Source: Vicugna vicugna
Lineage: Eukaryota
Length of the DNA: 64,000 bases
Assembly (NCBI GenBank): GCA_013265495.1
Contig: MU060092.1
Span: 2,046,001-2,110,000, forward strand
Direction of reading: 5' to 3'
Positions 1 to 12,090 of the stretch are shown here, in pieces (positions within the stretch are counted from its first letter, which is position 1; the number at the start of each line of letters is the position of its first letter). The translations under genes and the position numbers were made by a program. Under the pieces are notes generated by a model, which was given only the letters and a program-made list of their open reading frames with translations, had not been told where the DNA came from and ran no database searches.

Positions 1-1195
1 TGCTGGACACTGGAGATACCCCGGGAGACCCAAAGAAGTCCTGGTCCCTGAATTCCTGTAGCTGATGGTTTAGCAGAGAATTTCCCTTATCTGAAGGCAT
101 ATCTGAGCAGGAAGCGAGGATATCTTAGAATGACCAGAAGGCTCCCCTGAATACTAAATCTGATTCCCAGAGTCGACCTTTGACAAGCCCAAAAGCTGAG
201 CCCGCCACGACACAGCCCGACCACTCCAGACGGGTGTCTTCTGGCTCCAGAATGCCCTGAGGAAGCTGTCCCTGGACGGCTTTAATGATCAGCACCTTGG
301 AGAGCTAGATAGTTTTTTGGGGGGACTGGAGTGCAGGACAGAGGTGAGAGGACCAAGTCAGGGAGATAACTGAATGATATTAAAACTCAAACCACAGACT
401 TGTGATGGGGTTAACATCTGTTCCCAGGCAAATTTACCGATGATAATTCAGAACTTCACATTTTCTGGGCAATGAGATTCATTTAGGCAGAGCATTTGAA
501 AATTCTGTTGTTCTGCCTCCCCAGCCTGTGANNNNNNNNNNNNNNNNNNNNNNNNNNNNNNNNNNNNNNNNNNNNNNNNNNNNNNNNNNNNNNNNNNNNN
601 NNNNNNNNNNNNNNNNNNNNNNNNNNNNNNNNNNNNNNNNNNNNNNNNNNNNNNNNNNNNNNNNNNNNNNNNNNNNNNNGAGACCCGGAAGCTCAATTAT
701 ATGCAAGCTTCAGGTGCCTGATATTCAGGACTCTTAATTCTTCCTCTTGGCCGGCGAGAACACAGATGCCCAGACAGTGGCCTTTACCAGATTTGGCCAC
801 AGTGAGGAAGGCGAGGGGCCTATTTGCATGCAATTTTCATATCACTGAACATCACTGTGTAATATATACAGACTTTCTCTAGCACTTTTCCAGTCACGGT
901 TGGTAACGTCTTTATTTTTAATTCACCACTCCTTTCTACCCACAAAACCTATTCAAGTAATAAACCCTAAAAGAAAAGGAGAAGTAAGTATCTGGAAAAT
1001 TCGGGCAGGCTACCATGAACTGTGATTGGATTACAGTTTGGACAGCATCACCCAGAACGGTAATTTTGAGTTTATCTGTTGCAGATGGTGTATTTCCTCT
1101 GGCAAAAAAAAAAAAGTCTTCAAGTTTACTAGTTTGGTTCCTTTTCCCCCTCTCAGACTTCAAGGTGAGTTCCTACAAGTGAAAAAATAAAACTG

Positions 1196-2578
1196 GGGAA
1201 ACAGGCCAAGATGGCAGAGTAGAAGGAGCCAGAGCTCACCTCTTCCTCAGGGCACAGCAAAATCACAACTAACTGCTGGACAACCATCGATGAAAAAGAC
1301 TGGGACCTAACAGGAAAGATCTTCTACTATTAAAAACATAAAGAAGGAACCGTGGTAGATGGTGGGAGGGGCGAGCTCACGATATAATCAAATCCTATAC
1401 CCCGGGGTGGGGGAGGCGACCCACAAACTGAAGAATAATTATATTGCTGAGGTTCTCCCACAGGAGTGAGAGCTCCGAGCCCCAGCCCAGGGGGTCCCGC
1501 CTCAGGAAGGGGAGCCCCCGGAGCATGAAGCTTTGAAGGCCAGCAGGGCTTAACTGCAGGAGCCCCAGGGGACTGGGGGAAAGAGAGACTGTGCTCTTAA
1601 AGGACACACAGAATCTCACGTGCACCAGGACCAAGGAAATAAGTAATATTTCATAGGATCCCGGGCCAGACCTGCCTGCTGGTCTTGGCAGGTTTCCTGT
1701 GGAGGTTGGGGTGGGGGTGTGGCTGTGGTTCACCCTGGGGACATAGACACTGGTGTCAGACATATCTGGGGGTATTTATATGCATGAACTCTCCTGGAGG
1801 CTGGCATCTTGCTTGGGTCATTAGCACCAAGACCGGGCCCCACCCAACAGCCTGCAGGCTCCAGTGGAGGGAGGCCTCAGGCCAAACAGCTAACTGGGCA
1901 GGGACACAGACCCCCCACCCCCACCCCAATCAGCAGACAGGCTGCCTAAAGACTTCCCAAGCCCATGGCTGCCTCTGGACATGTCCTTAGACACAGCCCT
2001 GTCCACCAGAGGGCCAGGACCCAGCCCTTCCCACCAGGAAGACTGCATAAGCCTCTAGACCAGCCTCACCCACCAGGGAGTAGACCCCAGATCCAAGAAA
2101 GCCACGACCCCGCGGCCTGCAGAGTCAAGTCCACAGCGCAGGCCAGCCCTACCCTGGGACCAGCTGGCCCCTGGCCCTTGGGTGAAGAGAGGGGAGGGGA
2201 CTGCTGGGGCACAGAGGTCATCTTCTACAGAGGGCCACTTCTCCAAGGTCGAAAAATATAATTAACCTACCACACATAAAAATACAAATAGAAATTTAGA
2301 CAAAATGAGGCGGCAGAGGAGTACGTACCAGACGAAGAAATAAGACAAAACACCAGAAGAACCACTAAGTGAAGTGGAGACAGGCAATCTGCCCAAGAAA
2401 GAGTTCAGAGTCACGATTCGTAAAGATGATCCAAGAACTCAGGAGAAGAACGGATGCACAGAGAGAAAAGTTAGAAGTTTTTAACAAAGAGAAAATATAA
2501 AGAAAACCAGAGTCAAAGAATAAAATAACTGACATGAAAAATACACTAGAAGGAATCAACAGTAGAATAAAGGAGGGG
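1196..2578 (+). mobile_element. L1 5'UTR plus degraded ORF1 N-terminus, 3'-truncated
   Basis: Starts ggggaaacaggccaagatggc (YY1-type CAAGATGGC). ATG at 2305 reads MRRQRSTYQTKK*DKTPEEPLSEVETGNLPKKEFRV, an L1 ORF1p-like start with an internal stop and frameshifts. Confidence 0.9.
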
Positions 2579-4312
2579 AAAACTGAAACAAACAAGTAAA
2601 TAAATAAAATTGCTTCCTCAGGACTGAAAGCTGTGTGTCTTGTATTGAGGCCTTTGGGGAGGACAGAAGGGGTGAAATGTGTCCTTGGAGTTGCTAATAC
2701 TGGGGCCTCCTCACTTCCACCAGGTGAATACAAAGCCCTTGAGGGCTTAAAAAATCAAAATTAAAAAAAAAAAAGATAGACAGGGAGAGGGAAACTAATA
2801 TACTAAAAAAGAAAAGAAGGAGAAAAGAAGAGAGGCAGGAATTCACTCCCCTGCTCCCGTGTTCACCACTCCCCCTCAGGGCACCTGGGCTGTAAGCTGA
2901 ACCATACGCTGGTAGACACTGTGTTTCATGCTCTTTGTTCGGCATTGGTCCCTGGCACAGAGAGGGCCCTCATTCAATGTGTGCTAAATTAAACCAAATG
3001 GAACACTCTGGGCCTCTGTTTGCACATCTGAACAAGACAAGACAGGGACAGGACAATCTCTAACATCCATTCTGTAATTCTACAACCCTATATCCAATAG
3101 GCTCGGGGACTTCTGCAGGGGTCAGCTATCCAGCGGAGCCTAAATTTCGGTTAGAGGTAGAGAATAACTTGAAAAAGTCCAGACCCTGAGCTTAAACACT
3201 GAAATCTCTAAGAACAACATGCCTCCACCCACCTGATGCAACTTCAAGATGTTTTCAGAGAGCACTCCCACCAAATAGTCAGGAAAACATGACTGTCTCT
3301 TGAGTGGAATTTCCCCCAAATGAGAGTCCTTCTGGAACCAACCACGACAGGATTAAAGAAGTTGGGCTCTATACAGCGACCTCACAATCTGGGGAATTTC
3401 AAGAAACCTTCCTTTGCCCTTGTTTTCTTAGAAGCCAGCTTCCTCAAGTCCAAAGATGGACTCCAGCCTCTCGAACATTGGTGTCACAGGGATCCACCCT
3501 AGAGTTCAGGCCCCGGGAACCTATGAAGGATGAAGAAGAGAGAGCCTTAGGAGCCACGATAAGCCTGCATAGTCTTTTCCCCAGAATGGATTCAGCCAAA
3601 CAGCTGGACACAGGAGGGAAGCAGACTGCCCTCTGTCCCTTCAGAGCTGGAGGGTGTCAGCAGTGCACGGTGGGAAAGGATGCTCTCCTTCACTGCCGGC
3701 CGGCTCTGACTAACCCACGCTGCAGTCTGGCTACCGCCACCTCCCCTGACCTCAGGGAGCAGAACGAAGTGGATTAGGAACTTTTTCTCACTCTTAATTC
3801 CCTTCAGCTTCACCGTACCCAGCTGCTGACATCCCTCCCCTGTGGGAAGATTGTGTGTTTTTAACATAGCTCGAGGCAAAAAAGAAGCAATTACTCTTGC
3901 CCAAATCCCTCATTCCACAACACAGCCTTCCCAGACTCCCTGGTGAAGTCTCAGTGTCTTTAATATCATCCCGACAATCTCCTTTCACGACCCAACAGTG
4001 CTCGGCCACCCCCACCCATGCCTTCATCATTTCGTCTAGACCCTTAGCAGGGACAGCCTGTCACACGTTTTCTGCCAATGCCTGTCCATACATTGCCACC
4101 TAGCGTCCGCAGGCTGTCAGATCCGCCTAACTCTCAGGCAAGTTATCAAGAGCATTTCCTTGAGCGATGCTGTTTGTTCCCCTGGAAATAAATACTAGGA
4201 GTGGGTTTGGCCTTGTCCACCCCTCGCAGGGGAGTTTCTGACACGGAGCGTGCTGGTGTTAATAGCTGTCCTAGACCTCCTTCCGAAAGAAGCCCCTCGG
4301 GCATCTCAAGAG

Positions 4313-4460
4313 CAGGGCTTCTCAAATTCTCATGTGTATCCCAAACACAAGAGGATCTTGTTAAAATGTGGATTCTGATGCAGCAGGTCTGGAGTGGGGC
4401 CCAAGACTGCTTTTCTAACAAGGTCCCAGGCGATGCTGGTGCTGTTGGTCCAGAGAAACG
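4313..4460 (+). mobile_element. MER5A (hAT-Charlie) relic
   Basis: cagggcttctcaaa...cttgttaaaatg..gattctgatgcagcaggtctggagtggggccc..ttctaacaag.tcccagg.gatgctg resembles the recalled consensus. Confidence 0.85.
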
Positions 4461-4649
4461 GAAGGTAGAGTGGCAGGAGAGGCTCAGCGCATCAGCATCA
4501 GTTAGCAGTTGAGCACGTACTCGGAGGGAGCCTCAGCCCTGCCTCTGAATCGCCCAGCACCGCCGCTCACACCCTGGCCCCCTGGCTCCAGCCTGCTCAG
4601 AGCTGAGGGACACCTGCCCCAGGGGGCAGTATGGGGAGTTGTTCCAGGC

Positions 4650-4790
4650 CTGAGCTGGAGGTTTAAAACCTGACTCTACCACTGAGAGTGTGGCCTCAGG
4701 AAAGACACTGACCTCTCTCATCCTGTTTTCTTCTCTGTGAAATGAGGACCACGACAGTACTCAGGGATAACACGCACAAAACAATGATTA
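4650..4790 (+). mobile_element. MIR SINE fragment
   Basis: MIR core-like ctctaccact..gtggcctcagg..acctctct...tctgtgaaatgagg. Confidence 0.55.
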
Positions 4791-6419
4791 GCTCTAGCTG
4801 CAGCTGAGTGGCTCAATCTTATTCACATTCATTGTCAGGAAAGCACCAAGTTCCCGATCCAGGACTGTTATTTGTTCTCTAAGAGATGATGGGGATTTGA
4901 AGAGGCAGGGGCTTCTGGAGGCCAAAAGAGCAGACCCAGATATTAAGACGAGCTGGGAGGCGGCAGGAGGGGCGTGGGAAGCAGACGAGGTAGTAATTGC
5001 TGCTGCCTTTTGATTTCCGCTGAAGCCTCTGGAACCTGCCTTGGTGGTGGTGAACGGCTCCCCAGGGACCGTGACAACAGGGAGCCCAGCTCAGGGCCTG
5101 TCACCAGGCCGCGCACACACACCCCCTCTCCACCCTCCTACTTGGTCCCGATGGCTTTTATTTTTGCACAACCAGCCTGGATCCCACCCTGTGTGTAGAG
5201 GCAGCCAGCCAGCCCCTGCCCTGGGGACCTTGTGCAGGTTGGCCCCACGGGGAGTGGATGCACCAGGACAGAGGTGGGCGGGGGGCGATCCCGCTCGGTT
5301 CCCAGGCTGCGGTCCCCAAGGGCTGACCATGTGAAGTGTCAGGGAGCACAGGGGTTATTCTGCTCATTCAGGATAGTCACTTTGACCAGACTAACCTGGA
5401 TCAGAATTCCCATGTAAAGGAAGAAAAATCACAAACTTTTCTCAACTCAAGTGTATTTCCAATTCTAGCTTCCTCAATCTGACAGCTAAAAAGTGTTTTC
5501 TATCTATTCAACCCCTTTGTTATTTGAAGCCATAAGCGGCCCTGAGAAACAGCACAAACTGAGGCGTTAGAAGCAGGAGAGGTAAACACATTTGCATTGT
5601 TCTGATTCTTCCCGAGGCCCTTTCCATTCTGTTTCTATATTTGAATGGTAATTCTAGATAAAATAATTTTTTTAAAAAAAATCAGCAAAGCTTTGGCGCA
5701 TTTTGTAATAAATCTCCAGAAAAGCCTTAGGAAAAATGACTTCGGGGTGACAGAGGGGACACTGAGGCAAGTTCTCCAAAGCCCTGGGGTCAGAACTCTT
5801 GGATGTGAATTCAGAGCAGGCCAGTCTTCCCTGCCTTCGAGAAGATGCCAGTGGGTGGTCCCCAGCTGATGACCTTCAGAAATACCCAGAGCTACACCTG
5901 CATTTCCTTCCTACCCATTTTTCTGTTATCGAACTTAAACCATGTTCCAACTAACTCCAAGACACCCTCCTTCATCCTCACCACGGACAAACTTCCAAAG
6001 ACGCTGCCCTGAAGGACACCGCCCACTGTCCCTCCAGAAGTGGCCCCATCCTGAGGCCTGAGGGGCAAGACCCAGCTCAAACTCCAAGCCAGGAAGGGGC
6101 TGGGTCAGAGGAGCCCCACCCACCTTGAAGCCCTTCTGGTGAGAAGGGATGAAAAGAGCTTGCAGATGTGTACTCCCTCCCATGTGCAGGAGGCCAGAGT
6201 GGCTGGTGTGCGGAGAAGGAGGTGAGTGGTGGAGAGATGAGGTCACAGAGACCAGAAGCCAGATCATCTATCCAGGGTCTGCTGGTACAGAGCTGGGATG
6301 ACTGAACATACCAGGCATGACTCTGCTGCAGGGCCTTTGCACATGCTGTGTGCTCTGCTCTCAAAGCTCTTCCTTCAGAGATGTATAAGACTCTCTCCTT
6401 CACTTTCTTGGTCCTCACT

Positions 6420-6683
6420 TAGAAATCTCTCTGACCACCCACCAACACCCTACATCCACCTTTCCTCCTATATTGTCCCTTCCTAGCACTTATCATTACC
6501 TGCTATATAACATATTTTCTGAACGTGCTTTGTTTGTTGTCTGTCTCTTCTGCCTTAATTTCAGCTCTGCAAGGGCAGAGACTACTGAATCCCATGTGCC
6601 TAGATCAGTGCTCAGCACATTGCAGAGGCTCAATAAATTTGTGTGGAATGAATAAATGAATGAATGAATCAATCAATCAATCA
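6420..6683 (+). mobile_element. L2 LINE 3' end
   Basis: cagtgctcagcacattgcagaggctcaataaatttgtgtggaatgaataaatgaatgaatgaatc tail. Confidence 0.8.
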
Positions 6684-8519
6684 GTGAGCCTGGGTTCATG
6701 ACTAACCCTAAACCTCAAATCATATCAAGGAGTCATGGCGCACTCACTGTGGGCAAAGCATGGTGTCTTGTGCCGAGAGGAAGTCAGTGAGCAATAATGC
6801 ATTGTCCCTGCTCAAAGATGCACAGTCTTATTTGGACGACAAATCATAAATGTCAGAAAAGTTAAACAGTAACAAAGGATTTCACCCTTTTCAACCTATA
6901 GAGATATTTCAGTCTCTAAGGCAAAATCCCTATGGTCAGGGGCGCTGGGCTTTGGGGTTATTGAATTAGTGATTCCCTACTCACTGAAGAATCCTCCATC
7001 CTCCTCAGATGACACAGTCCTCTTAATAGGTATCTGAGGCAGTCCTCCAGATACGAAGGGGCCCAAAAGTTCAGAGTATTAAGAGTTAAACAAGAATTTT
7101 AAATCATCATAAAAGATACACCACGAGCAGACATGTTTAACATATCCTGTGGCCTCTAGGGAAGAATCGGGGGCCACAGGGGTCACTTGGTGTCATTTCA
7201 GGCAGGACAGGTCAGAGAGGATGGAAGTTCAAGCGCCAGTCCCAGTTTACCAAGCCCACTTGAACGTGGCCTGTCGAGAGACCTGGGCTCCCTCAGAAGA
7301 AATGGAAGATTTCCCAGAGAGAAAAGCAACCCCCTTGCCCACGAAGGACATCACCTAACCCCAGAACACCATGCTCTCGAAGTTTCCTTTGAAGCCCCCT
7401 CTCTCAAGAGCATCCTCAGAATGTCAACACTTGGAACACCCAGGCGGTGCTTGGTTTCAGGGGAGCAGCCTTCACTTCCCCGACGGTTTCCCTCTTGTCC
7501 TCGTGTCTGGGAAAAGCTGAGCCTCAGGGTGAAAGTAGGGCTGACTTACAGCTCCCGGCTAGGGGCGGGGGCAGGCTGGTCTCCTCCCTCTTTCATTCAT
7601 AATTACCCTCACCCCCACCACCAGGCGCAGTGAGCCACCACCTGGCAAGGCGCTGTGGTTCTGGAAGTCCCCAAATGTGAGCAGGTGTCATGCTCAGGGG
7701 GAGGGGGAAGACAATTATCTCCTGAAATGTACAGCCACCGAAATAGCAAAGTGGTGAGTCACCAAAAACTGCCAACCATGAGGATTATGAGAGTGATGTC
7801 ATCACAGAGGGGGAAATGGGGAGGAACAGGAAGAAATATTCTCCAATGCATCTTCTTAAAAGAGCTGGACTAGGAAATGGGGGTGAGAGGGCGAGAAATT
7901 GCTCTCAGCAATGAACACAACGCCTCCCTACATTCCACCGGCCCTTCGACACTCTCTCCCGGAAAAGACGGATAAATCTTGAGATGATTCATTCAGCAGA
8001 CACTGTCTGAGCACCTATTGCGTGTTCCGATGAATCAAATGAGCACCTAAAATCGAGAGGTTCAGCCTTTGCAAGGCCCTCAAGTCTGATTTAAAAATTC
8101 CTACTCACAGTCTCATCTCCTGATCGTTTTTATCTTAAACCCACCTGAGAAAGACCCGCCATCTAAAAATCAACCCTCCTCAACTCGGTTTCCAGAGAAA
8201 ACAGCCTCATTCGCCTCTGGGAAGAATCTGCTGCATCCCGGACAGCACACAGCTGCGAGGGAAAGGCAGTGCTTCTTTAAAATTTAACCCCAGAAAAGCC
8301 GGGCTCTGGCAGCTCTCTGCACCCTGGAGAGGTGAGGATTCCTTCTCCATCCAGCTGTCCCCTCCACGGGGGTCAAGACAGCAAAAGACAAACGCTGTGG
8401 CCACACTGTGGGGCCTCACAGAGCCAAGGAAGTTCCTTCCCGGGGAAGAGTTAGACCTCAAGGTCATCACCCTCTCTGGGGAAGAGCCTTAACATCTTAC
8501 CAATCCCCTCACTAATTCA

Positions 8520-8810
8520 TGAGTTCAGTAAGTCTGTGTGGCACGTTTTCTCCTTTAGGTGGGAAGTTTCCAGCCGTGATTTCTTCAGATACGTTTTCAA
8601 TCCCGTTTTCTCTTTTGTCTCCTTCTGTGCCCCCTATTATACATAGACTGGCATGTTTTATATTACCCCATAGGTCTCTGACATTGCTTTCATTTTCGTT
8701 CGTTTGTTTTTCTGTCTGCTCTTCTGATTGGGTGCTTATTCTATCTTGCAGATCATCTCTGACACATTTTCATTCTCTGTGTGAGTGGTATTTTTTAACA
8801 TTTGGAAAAT
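8520..8810 (-). mobile_element. Old L1 ORF1-region fragment
   Basis: gggaagtttccagccgtgatttcttcagatacgttttc...tctccttctg..cctattatac, a typical L1M ORF1 antisense stretch. Confidence 0.7.
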
Positions 8811-10349
8811 TATATTTTGACAAGTCCAACAGCATCAAACAGCATATAAGTTCTAGTCTGGGTCTGAACTCATTCACATGAAGGTTTGGGGATATTTCTT
8901 GGTGGAGGAGGAGGCAGTGGTGATGCAGCAGAAATGCACGGGGGCCGGGGTGGGGAGAGGGGTAACTTGACTGTAGCACCTGCCTATAGTTTGGGATTCA
9001 CTTGTCAGGCCCCACCAAGAGCCTTTTATTTACAACCCTCCTTTAATTCCTTCAGACCCTCCGACCATCTCAATCCACCCTCTTTCACAAAGAAAGTCCT
9101 TCCCTCTTTTCACTGAGGAGAAAGGGAAAATAATATTATTTGCTGCTTGGAGGTTTATCGGGAAACCCTAAAAGACAAAATTAAATCCACGATCAGTCAA
9201 AACCTCACACAAAGAAAGAAGAACCAGATTGCAGGGCTGAGGCGTGGAGGGAGCCCTACCTCCCGTCTGGGGGTGCAGAGAGAACTCAAAGGCCAGGAAG
9301 CCCCACCAGGCGCCCCATCCCCGGCTCTGGAGGGACGCCCCCAGGCCACGCTTTCTGTGCAGGGCCAGCTCTCCATGGTAACGTTAATTTTCTTAAACTT
9401 GCTGTGAGCCATGATTCCTGACGTGTTTTCGTGGTCTTTTCTCACCACCTTTCCCTCAGAAGTGATGTCAGTGAGATAAACGAGGAGTTGAGAATGTGAT
9501 TATTTTAAAGAAGCTGAGGATGATCCTCGTGGGTGGTCAAAGAATGACAGTTAGCAGCTAAGTGTCGTGTCCTTCCTCTGTCATTTTCCTTAACTCAGTT
9601 AAGGAATAAGTCACGTGGATTTGGGATTTTCTTTTCCCATTTTCAATCGCAAGTAGCTGAAGCCGAAAATGTCGCAAATACAAAAATAACATCTCTTTAC
9701 ATCCTGCAGCTTAAAGGCATTTTACAGGGAGAACTCTGTGTTCTATTTCTCTACATTTGTTTGGCTTACATCATTCTTTCCCAGGTCTTGCTGGTAGAAT
9801 CACCGATTTCTTTCCTGTCCTTCCGGTTTTGCTTGCTGTTCCATCTTCTGCAGGATTTTTCTTCTCTCAGCGTCCCTCTCTCCTCTGGTCCTAAACTGCC
9901 CATCAGAGTCTCCCCAGCAGCACAGGAGTCCCTGCCATCTTGTACCGAGATTCCAGTTTCCTGAGACTCTGAGGTCTTCCTTCCTGCTTTCAGACCTGCC
10001 CTGTCAATCTCTGGGCTGTGCCTGGTGCACAGTGACTGCACCTGGGGCTCAGGTGACTGCAGAGCTGGGCCAGCTCGAATGCCATCATTTATCAATGAGG
10101 TGACAGGAGCAGATCAGTGTCTCTGATCCTGCTGCCTTGTCTAGGCAACGTGAGGGCTCATCTCAGGGGTGGTGGGGACCGAAGCAATGATTTGTGAGAA
10201 AGCAGGTCAAAGGATCTAGAAAGCACCAAACAGAAGCTAGTGCTGGTTTTCTTTCACCAAATGTCTGGTCGTGATTTTTCTCACGCAGAGACTTCCTGCA
10301 AGGGTTTCCCAGGACAATCCAACAGGACACCTGCTTCTAGAATAAGGAA

Positions 10350-10510
10350 GACTTGGTTGACTCGAAGACTCGATCCTAGCCTCTCAGTAGCTGTGTGGAC
10401 TTGGAGCAAGAGCTGAGTCTCTCAGGGCCTGAGCTTCCCCATCCGTGAAGTACGGAGAACAAACATCTCCCAGTCTTTCTTGCAAGCTATCAGGAGGCCT
10501 AAATGAACAT
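10350..10510 (+). mobile_element. MIR SINE fragment
   Basis: agtagctgtgtggacttggagcaag..tctctcagggcctgagcttccccatccgtgaa. Confidence 0.6.
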
Positions 10511-10682
10511 TTTTTTTTTGAAATCATAAATTTTATAGAAATGAAAGGCATTATTGTTTCTTAATTTGGAAAACAGAAGCAGTGCTTGGCTTCTGTTCAA
10601 AAATTTTTCTCACGACCTCCCATCCCTCCTGGTGGAAAATCTGACTCTTAGAAGATTTCTCCTAAGAAATCTCATTCCTCGA

Positions 10683-10890
10683 TTCACTCATTTATTGAAT
10701 CAATCCATCAGCAAAAATGTCCTAAACACCTGCAATGGGCCAAGATCCTCTGCCGGGTGCTGGGGACCAACGCTGAATGAGACAGGGTCCCTGCTATGAA
10801 AATGAGTGGGAGACAGACAGATTCCAGCTGAGATGGGTGGTAATGGGGCAGGATGAGAGTTCCAGAAGCACAGAGGAAGGGAGCCAACTC
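10683..10890 (-). mobile_element. L2 3' end
   Basis: ttcactcatttattgaatc...aaacacctgcaatgggccaag..tgctgggga..gaatgagacagggtccctgct. Confidence 0.6.
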
Positions 10891-11695
10891 CGTAAGCCCC
10901 TGCCCACTTCCTTGGCTGTGTGATGCACGGCCAGTTACCTTCCCTCTCTGGTCCATACAGGGCCCCTCATGTGAAAAATGAGGAGCTTGGATGAGACAAG
11001 CCCTAGGCTCATAAATGAGTCCACCATGTTTTGCTACCCCAAATCCTATTACCAAAAAATTATAGAAGATTTTAAAAAAAAAAGTTTCTAAGCCTCAGGA
11101 GGCCTACATGTGCTAGACAAAATGAAACCCCACACACACTGAAATTCTGTGTCTCTCTCTCACACACACACACACACAGAGGCACAGCCCCCACGCCGTT
11201 CACTAAAAGGGGATTTGGCACCTATTTCATAACCAGGCCCCTTCCGTCTACCTCCTCCACTTTTTTGATCATGGCTGAGGGCAGGAGTTTTCTGGATGCA
11301 GCTGGAATCAATCCAGGTTGTGCCCAGCCCAGCACAAAGCCCCTGAAGTGAATACGGAGGACATCACGACTTCAGGAGACGGCTGGGGACCTGGAGCTAT
11401 TCATAGACTTTTCAATATGCAGAGCTGTTACTTCATAATTTCCATTAACCCCTCCGAGGTTTTAGCTGTCAGATTCATTTCCCGGGTCCCCAAAGAATGC
11501 CGACCTTTATTAACCCTGTTAGACCATTCATTTTCTTTGGGGGTTCTTTTCTCTGCGTGTGGAAAACACTCAACATCTTCATAGATCTGCCTTATGCTTC
11601 TTCAGCCAGAAAAGTCAAAAAGAGTTTCCAGATTTTAAGAATCCTAAGCATCCTTCCCTAGACACCTTTCAGAGCAAACAAACCTACCATGGGTG

Positions 11696-11823
11696 GAAGG
11701 AGGGTGCAGCTCATGTGACAGAGCACATGCTTCACATGCACGAGGTCAAGGGTTCAAGTCCCGAGGTCCTCCTTCAAAAATAAATAAATAAATCTAATTG
11801 TCTCCCGTCTCCAAAATAAAAAA
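11696..11823 (+). mobile_element. tRNA-Ala-derived camelid SINE (Vic-1-type), diverged copy
   Basis: ggagggtgcagctcatgtgacagagcacatgcttcacatgcacgaggtcaagggttcaagtccc head, followed by an (AAAT)n/A-rich tail. Confidence 0.8.
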
Positions 11824-11959
11824 CTTTTAAGTCACCATGGGGACATGCAATTAGAAGAAATTACCCATGATTCACATACAAGCATGGTGTCCTACACACA
11901 CAAGTAAACAGTAACACGCATGACTCGTAAGTATTCATGTCATCAAATCCCAAGAAAGA

Positions 11960-12090
11960 CTATATATGTGACCTAAGTTCTAGTTCAAGCTCTGCTACCA
12001 ACTATCTCCATGACCTTGAGCACAGATTTCTACCTCTTTGGGCTTAAGTTGCCTTTTGGGTGAAATAAGGGAGTTGGACTAAATCAATGT
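11960..12090 (+). mobile_element. MIR SINE fragment
   Basis: gttctagttcaagctctgctaccaactatctccatgaccttgagca...gtgaaataagggagttggactaaat. Confidence 0.6.

Noticed and set aside
4094-4108. CTCF-like tgccacctagcgtcc
   Set aside because: It mismatches a nearly invariant core G (CGT instead of TGG) and cannot be supported without ChIP data.
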